Shown: one piece after another, positions 59,836 to 64,000 of the stretch
How positions within the stretch are numbered: position 1 is the first letter of the stretch
Layout of the letters: every line of letters starts with the position of its first letter
Assembly (NCBI GenBank): GCA_937989585.1
Contig: CALKRW010000006.1
Span: 2,864 to 66,863 of the forward strand
Source: an uncultured Porphyromonadaceae bacterium
GTDB lineage: Bacteria; Bacteroidota; Bacteroidia; Bacteroidales; Muribaculaceae
Direction: 5' to 3'
Length of the DNA stretch: 64,000 bases
Notes under the pieces: generated by a model
The model's input: the letters and a program-made list of their open reading frames with translations, nothing else
Told to the model about the DNA's origin: nothing
Database searches by the model: none
Translations under genes and position numbers: made by a program

Positions 59836-60015
59836 ATGGCACAGATCAAAATCACCCAGACCAAGAGCCGCATCAACTGCCCGGCAGTGCAGAAACGCAC
59901 TCTCGACGCACTCGGCCTGCACAAAATGAACCATAGCGTAGTCAAGGAAGACACCCCCGCAATCCGCGGCATGGTGACAAAGGTACACCATCTGGTGACC
60001 GTTACCAACCTCTGA
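59836..60015 (+). CDS. rpmD: 50S ribosomal protein L30
   Basis: Hand-translated 59-aa [62 protein letters not shown]. It falls below the ORF-track cutoff and sits in the canonical position between rpsE and rplO. Confidence 0.93.
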   Translation: MAQIKITQTKSRINCPAVQKRTLDALGLHKMNHSVVKEDTPAIRGMVTKVHHLVTVTNL

Positions 60016-60135
60016 CACGCACCCCAGCCCCCACAGCCGGCCTAAGGCTCCCCCGCATAGCGGGGCGCCGAGGCCGCCCGCGAGGGAAATCAACAAACCC
60101 TAACAGTCAAATCCGAAAAATAAAAACATACGACA

Positions 60136-60582
60136 ATGGATTTAAGCAACCTCCAACCCGCTCCCGGCTCGGTCAAGCACGGCAAACGCATCGGTCGCGG
60201 TCCCGGCTCCGGCAAGGGCGGAACATCAACCCGCGGACACAAAGGCGCAAAATCCCGTTCGGGCTACTCGCGCAAAATCGGTTTCGAAGGCGGCCAGATG
60301 CCTCTGCAGCGCCGTCTTCCCAAGTTCGGCTTCAAGAACATCAACCGCATAGAATACAAACCCGTTAACCTCGACCTCCTGCAGTCTCTCGCAGAGGCCA
60401 AAAACCTCACTAAAATCGGACTCGACGAACTCCGCGCTGCAGGTTTCATCAACTCCCGCCAGGTCGTCAAAATCCTCGCTGGCGGCACTATCAGCAAGGC
60501 TCTCACCGTTGAGGCCAACGCATTCTCCAAAGCAGCCGCAGCAGCCATCGAGGCAGCCGGCGGCACCACCGTCAAACTCTGA
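60136..60582 (+). CDS. rplO: 50S ribosomal protein L15
   Basis: LSNLQPAPGSVKHGKRIGRGPGSGKGGTSTRGHKG. Confidence 0.98.
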   Translation: MDLSNLQPAPGSVKHGKRIGRGPGSGKGGTSTRGHKGAKSRSGYSRKIGFEGGQMPLQRRLPKFGFKNINRIEYKPVNLDLLQSLAEAKNLTKIGLDELRAAGFINSRQVVKILAGGTISKALTVEANAFSKAAAAAIEAAGGTTVKL

Positions 60583-60590
60583 GTCCGACA

Positions 60591-61943
60591 ATGAAATTTA
60601 TCCAAACACTCAAAAACATCTGGACCATCGAAGAACTGCGCAAGCGTCTTCTGATCACCTTCCTGCTGGTACTGGTCTACCGTCTGGGCTGCTACGTGCT
60701 GCTGCCGGGCATTTCTCCCGAGGCTGTCGACGCCCTGGAGAACTTTACCAACAAGACAGGCATGATGCAGTTGCTTGACATGTTCTCCGGCGGCGCCTTC
60801 TCCCAGGCCTCGATATTCGCGCTGGGCATCATGCCCTACATCACGGCGTCGATTGTCATCCAACTCCTGGGCATGGTCCTGCCGTCGTTCCAGAAAATGC
60901 AGCGCGAAGGCGAGTCCGGCCGTCAGAAACTGAACCAGTACACACGTTACCTGACAGTGCTCATTCTCCTTCTTCAGGCGCCCGCATACCTGTACAACCT
61001 TAACTATCAGTTCTCCGCAGCCCACGGAGGCGCCGTGCTGCAGCTCGGTTTCTGGACCGAGGCCTACCTGACGGTAATCCTCGCCGCAGGCTCGATGTTC
61101 ATCATGTGGCTCGGCGAGCGCATCACCGACCGCGGTATTGGCAACGGTATCTCGTTCATCATCCTCGTGGGCATCATCGCCCGTCTCCCGGGAGCCTTCT
61201 TCTATGAGTTCACCTCGCGCATGCCCGGTGCCAGCGGCACCCAGGGCGGTCTGGTGATGTTCATCGTCGAGGTAGTCCTGCTGTTCGCCGTCACCGTCGG
61301 CGCCGTCCTGCTCGTGCAGGGAACCCGCAAGGTGCCCGTGCAGTACGCCAAGCGCATCGTCGGCAACCGCCAGTACGGAGGCGCTCGCCAGTACATTCCC
61401 CTGAAGGTGAATGCCGCCGGCGTAATGCCCATCATCTTCGCGCAGGCCATCATGTTCATCCCCATCACACTCGTCGGCTTCGGCAGCGAGAACGGCGGAT
61501 CGTTCTTCCAGGCCTTCTCGGACATCAACGGATTCTGGTACAACCTCGTGTTCTTCATCATGATCGTGGCCTTCACGTACTTCTACACCGCCATCACCGT
61601 GCGTCCCACCCAGATGGCCGAGGACATGAAGCGCAACAACGGCTTCATACCCGGTGTCAAGCCCGGCAAGAAGACCGCCGAGTATCTCGACACGATCATG
61701 AGCCGCATCACACTTCCCGGCTCGATATTCCTGGGCATCGTCGCCATCATGCCCGCGTTCGCGCGTCTGTTCGGCATCAGCAGCGGCTTCGCCCAGTTCT
61801 TCGGCGGAACATCCCTGCTGATTATGGTGGGTGTCGTTCTCGACACACTCCAGCAGATCGAGTCGCATCTGATGATGCACCACTACGACGGCCTCATGAA
61901 GGAAGGCAAGATCAAGGGCCGCACCACCGGCGCCGCCTACTGA
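60591..61943 (+). CDS. secY: preprotein translocase subunit SecY
   Basis: 450 aa with 10 TM helices. Carries the GIMPYITASIV motif. Confidence 0.98.
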   Translation: MKFIQTLKNIWTIEELRKRLLITFLLVLVYRLGCYVLLPGISPEAVDALENFTNKTGMMQLLDMFSGGAFSQASIFALGIMPYITASIVIQLLGMVLPSFQKMQREGESGRQKLNQYTRYLTVLILLLQAPAYLYNLNYQFSAAHGGAVLQLGFWTEAYLTVILAAGSMFIMWLGERITDRGIGNGISFIILVGIIARLPGAFFYEFTSRMPGASGTQGGLVMFIVEVVLLFAVTVGAVLLVQGTRKVPVQYAKRIVGNRQYGGARQYIPLKVNAAGVMPIIFAQAIMFIPITLVGFGSENGGSFFQAFSDINGFWYNLVFFIMIVAFTYFYTAITVRPTQMAEDMKRNNGFIPGVKPGKKTAEYLDTIMSRITLPGSIFLGIVAIMPAFARLFGISSGFAQFFGGTSLLIMVGVVLDTLQQIESHLMMHHYDGLMKEGKIKGRTTGAAY

Positions 61944-62141
61944 TACCCGTCTCCGGACAGCAGTAAGCCTGTTCTGACAGGCACCCAATAAGCAAAATCC
62001 CTTTCATAGGCAACTCCCCCCGAAGCCTCACCCGCAGGCTCCGGGGGATAGTGCCGAAAGGACTCTCCTCCAGCCATACGCCCCGTGTCAGTCGGGGTGA
62101 CCCTCAATCCTCTAACCATAATATCAAGTTTTCAAGCGAAA

Positions 62142-62927
62142 ATGATATATATCAAGACACCCGAAGAAATCGAACTCGTGCGCCGCGCCTCCGACCTCAC
62201 CTCGCGTACGCTCGGAGCGATAGCAGCCGCGATTCGACCCGGAGTCACCACTCAGGCACTCGACACCCTGGCGCGTGAGTTTATCCACGACAACGGCGGC
62301 GTTCCCGCCTGCCTCGGCTACGGGGGCTTCCCCGGCGCCATCTGCGCCGAAGTGAACGACATCATCGTACACGGTTTCCCATCGTCGTACGAACTGCGCG
62401 ACGGCGACATCTGCGGAGTCGACCTCGTTGTCGAACTCGACGGATTCATGGGCGACTCGTGCTATACGTTCGCCATCGGCGACGTCGAGGAGAAGACAAT
62501 GGAACTTCTGCGGACCACGCGCCGCAGTCTTGACGTGGGTATCGCCGCCTGTCGTGCGGGACACCGCATAGGCGACATCGCGAACGCCATCCAGACTTAC
62601 TGCGAGCGTCGCGGCTACTCGGTAGTCCGCGAGATGTGCGGCCACGGCATCGGCCGCGACATGCACGAAGACCCTGAAGTTCCCAACTATGGACGCCGCG
62701 GCATCGGCCCCGTCATCCGCAACGGCATGTGCATCTGCATCGAGCCCATGATCAACCTCGGCTCGCGCAACATTCGCATTGACCAGGACGGATGGACATG
62801 CCGCACGAAGGACCACAAGCCTTCGGCCCACTACGAGCACACCGTGGCTATAGTCGACGGCGAGACCGAGGTCCTGACGACCTTCGAGTACATCCGCGAG
62901 GCTCTCGGCGACCGCTTTATAGAATAA
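62142..62927 (+). CDS. map: type I methionine aminopeptidase
   Basis: Metal ligands are present in DLVVELDGFMGDS, CGHGIG, CIEPMI and EHTV. Start set at the ATG at 62142 (MIYIKTPEEIE). Confidence 0.95.
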   Translation: MIYIKTPEEIELVRRASDLTSRTLGAIAAAIRPGVTTQALDTLAREFIHDNGGVPACLGYGGFPGAICAEVNDIIVHGFPSSYELRDGDICGVDLVVELDGFMGDSCYTFAIGDVEEKTMELLRTTRRSLDVGIAACRAGHRIGDIANAIQTYCERRGYSVVREMCGHGIGRDMHEDPEVPNYGRRGIGPVIRNGMCICIEPMINLGSRNIRIDQDGWTCRTKDHKPSAHYEHTVAIVDGETEVLTTFEYIREALGDRFIE

Positions 62928-62949
62928 TCCCAACCCCTAACCCAGATAT

Positions 62950-63168
62950 ATGGCAAAACAAGCAGCAATCGAACAAGACGGCACTATCGTCGAAGCACTC
63001 TCGAACGCGATGTTCCGCGTTGAACTCGAGAACGGTCATCAGATCACGGCCCACATCTCGGGCAAGATGCGCATGCATTACATCAAAATTCTTCCCGGCG
63101 ACAAGGTGCGTGTGGAGATGTCTCCGTATGACCTTTCGAAGGGCCGTATCGCTTTCCGCTACAAGTAA
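62950..63168 (+). CDS. infA: translation initiation factor IF-1
   Basis: [30 protein letters not shown]...[14 protein letters not shown]. Confidence 0.98.
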   Translation: MAKQAAIEQDGTIVEALSNAMFRVELENGHQITAHISGKMRMHYIKILPGDKVRVEMSPYDLSKGRIAFRYK

Positions 63169-63216
63169 AGCCGAGGCGGAGAAAGCGCAAAAATCTATCT
63201 GACCGCAAGATAGCAT

Positions 63217-63247
63217 TTTGTACTTTCAAAAAAAAGTTGTACCTTCG
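63217..63247 (+). promoter_or_regulatory. near-consensus internal promoter (-33 TTTG at 63217-63220, -7 TACCTTCG at 63240-63247)
   Basis: 19-nt spacer. The -7 box has one mismatch to TAnnTTTG. It lies between infA and rpmJ. Confidence 0.45.
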
Positions 63248-63386
63248 CAGGCTGATTCGTCCCTCGCGGGTCGGAACGGCCTATCCGCGGACCTGCGCCC
63301 GGCCATCCCGGAAGGGTGGGGCGGAAGTTCCGTCATCATCATAGATAACAAACTAAATTACTAAAAGATAAATTGTTAAAAGAAAA

Positions 63387-63503
63387 ATGAAAGTTAGAGC
63401 CTCAATCAAAAAGCGCACAGCAGACGACAAGATCGTGCGTCGTAAAGGCCGCCTTTACGTAATCAACAAAAAGAATCCCAAGCACAAGCAGCGTCAGGGA
63501 TAA
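63387..63503 (+). CDS. rpmJ: 50S ribosomal protein L36
   Basis: Hand-translated 38-aa [41 protein letters not shown]. It falls below the ORF-track cutoff. Confidence 0.93.
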   Translation: MKVRASIKKRTADDKIVRRKGRLYVINKKNPKHKQRQG

Positions 63504-63544
63504 CTTTTTAGTTATTTGAAAAATTTATCAATCCAAAAATCAAT

Positions 63545-63925
63545 ATGGCAGTAAGAATCGTGGGAGTTGACCTCCCCCAGAACAAAAGAGGTGAAATCGC
63601 CCTGACATACATCTTTGGTATCGGCCGCTCGAGCGCCAGAACAATCCTCGAGAAAGCCGGTGTGGACGTGAGCAAGAAAGTCCAGGACTGGACTGACTCC
63701 GAGGCCGCCAAAGTTCGTGAAGTCATTGGCAGCGATTACAAAGTCGAAGGTGACCTTCGCAGCGAAATCCAGCTCAACATCAAGCGTCTGATGGATATCG
63801 GATGCTATCGCGGCGTCCGCCACCGCAACGGTCTGCCCGTTCGCGGCCAGTCGACCAAGAACAACGCACGCACCCGCAAGGGCCGCAAGAAAACCGTTGC
63901 AAACAAAAAGAAAGCTACCAAATAA
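63545..63925 (+). CDS. rpsM: 30S ribosomal protein S13
   Basis: [27 protein letters not shown]. Confidence 0.98.
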   Translation: MAVRIVGVDLPQNKRGEIALTYIFGIGRSSARTILEKAGVDVSKKVQDWTDSEAAKVREVIGSDYKVEGDLRSEIQLNIKRLMDIGCYRGVRHRNGLPVRGQSTKNNARTRKGRKKTVANKKKATK

Positions 63926-63943
63926 TAAACATAACCAAGAATT

Positions 63944-64000
63944 ATGGCAAAAAAGACAGTCGCAGCAAAGAAGAGAAACGTCAAGGTATCGGCCGAGGGC
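63944..64000 (+). CDS. rpsK: 30S ribosomal protein S11 (5' end, runs off the window)
   Basis: MAKKTVAAKKRNVKVSAEG..., in the canonical position after rpsM. Confidence 0.85.
   Translation, partial: MAKKTVAAKKRNVKVSAEG

Overview
This is a chromosomal segment from a high-GC Bacteroidota (Bacteroidales-like) genome. Three things support that: many TAnnTTTG -7 promoter boxes, A/C-rich leaders without Shine-Dalgarno sequences, and a cargo protein carrying a T9SS C-terminal sorting domain. The str-S10-spc-alpha gene order also fits, with fusA followed directly by rpsJ (no tuf) and secY directly by map (no adk).

The right-hand quarter (47.2-64.0 kb) is the ribosomal-protein supercluster rpsL to rpsK. 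It includes rpmD and rpmJ, which fall below the 60-aa cutoff of the ORF track and were found by hand.

The remainder is mostly housekeeping:
- transporters (SSS, POT, MFS)
- nifJ
- yceD-rpmF-fabH, era and der
- recA, recO and ogt
- an NTP-transferase / CDP-alcohol phosphatidyltransferase / HAD / ATP-grasp gene set
- tRNA-Glu(UUC) and an alkaline phosphatase
- a GH3-family protein
- a LytTR two-component pair
- a PorZ-like T9SS cargo protein, rdgB and YfhO

Three visibly AT-rich islets interrupt this background.
1. 8.6-10.2 kb: a translationally coupled pair, a 4-TM protein plus a membrane-tethered S24 (LexA/UmuD-like) module. The S24 protein has an Ala-Gly site and a Ser/Lys dyad but no DNA-binding domain. 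This is my best candidate for an undescribed system.
2. 20.4-23.4 kb: a 196-nt rod-like hairpin tipped by a GNRA loop sits in a long leader. A secreted beta-helix protein, an abutting small basic protein and a YafQ/RelE toxin-antitoxin pair follow it.
3. 45.2-47.1 kb: tandem paralogous lipoproteins.

Other oddities:
- in-frame stop codons in a Ser/Thr kinase (TGA) and in one lipoprotein paralog (TAG)
- a degraded alpha/beta hydrolase
- a 189-codon in-frame extension on the GH3 gene
- a repeat array almost free of C at 38.1 kb
- unusually long, GC-rich, hairpin-laden spacers inside the ribosomal operons

No CRISPR array, rRNA gene, transposase or integrase was seen. All homology calls rest on motifs I recognised by eye; no database search was run.
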